Origin: Podarcis tiliguerta | Taxonomy: Eukaryota | NCBI GenBank assembly: GCA_965153285.1 | Contig: OZ229115.1 | DNA: 64,000 nucleotides | Strand: one strand, 5' to 3' | Shown here: positions 63,464-64,000 of the stretch, piece by piece | How the letters are laid out: the number at the start of each line of letters is the position of its first letter | Position numbering within the stretch: position 1 is the first letter of the stretch | Program-made: the position numbers and the translations under genes | Notes under the pieces: model-generated | The model's input: the letters and a program-made list of their open reading frames with translations, nothing else | What the model was told of the DNA's origin: nothing | Databases searched by the model: none

Positions 63464-64000
63464 GCTTAGATCCTGGGAAAGGAAGAGCTTTTACCTTTCA
63501 GCATGACATAATTCCACTGGCTTCAAAACAAAGGCTTCTTTCACACTCTCTGCCCCTAACTTTCTCCCTCCACAACAGATTTCCCATAGGCCTTTCAGTT
63601 ATTGCTAGACTATGACTCCCATAATCCCCACATTCTGTCATGCTGGCTGGGGCTGATGAGAGATCAAAGTCCAACAACTTCTAGAGGCCCACAAGTTCTC
63701 CACCCCTGATTTACAGTGACTTGATATAATGGTTCCACTGTGGGAAAACTCCTACAGATGATGATCTAGAAGTATCTTTAAATGAACCAGTGTTCCTGTT
63801 AATCTCTGGAATCTGGATACAAGAGTGCCCAATATACATAAACAGGAAGCATAAATGTTGCCTTGTAACACTGCAGGGAGGGCATCACAATCCATGAAAA
63901 TCCAATTCAGGTTGCAATCCAAAACACACTTACAGAAAGTAAGCCACACAAAACTCAATGGGGCTTATGTCTGACTAGACATGCATAGGATTGTAATATA

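Noticed and set aside
62191-64000. A further upstream LRIG2 (LRR/LRRCT) exon
   Set aside because: No LRR-like translation is visible, so the region is treated as intron.

Overview
This is vertebrate genomic DNA from a squamate reptile, most likely a lacertid lizard, inferred from Sauria SINE, Squam3-like SINE and Bov-B content. It is not prokaryotic. The only supported host gene is the 3' part of LRIG2 on the minus strand. Six coding exons (62190 down to 55657, all GT-AG) encode Ig1-Ig2-Ig3, the transmembrane helix and the cytoplasmic tail, followed by a probable 3' UTR of about 4.1 kb ending near 51525. Upstream LRIG2 exons lie beyond the right edge of the window. Positions 1-51.5 kb look gene-free and are filled with LINE fragments (Bov-B, another RTE, L2, CR1), several tRNA-derived SINE families, many hAT and Tc1/mariner(Tigger)-like MITEs, and a few TE-free, motif-dense blocks that may be enhancers. 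Almost all ORFs in the six-frame track are spurious or TE-derived. I see no evidence for a new multi-gene system. The most interesting signals are TE-biology oddities: (1) a Bov-B copy with both ends and a 12-bp TSD but four internal deletions; (2) a very young hAT MITE pair with shared ends and unrelated interiors (telomeric hexamers versus a CpG-rich cargo); (3) a 31-bp-stem hairpin in a MITE inside the probable LRIG2 3' UTR; (4) a nested palindrome array; (5) two different hAT MITEs inserted at the same 8-mer of a SINE. Family names come from recall and were not checked against any database.
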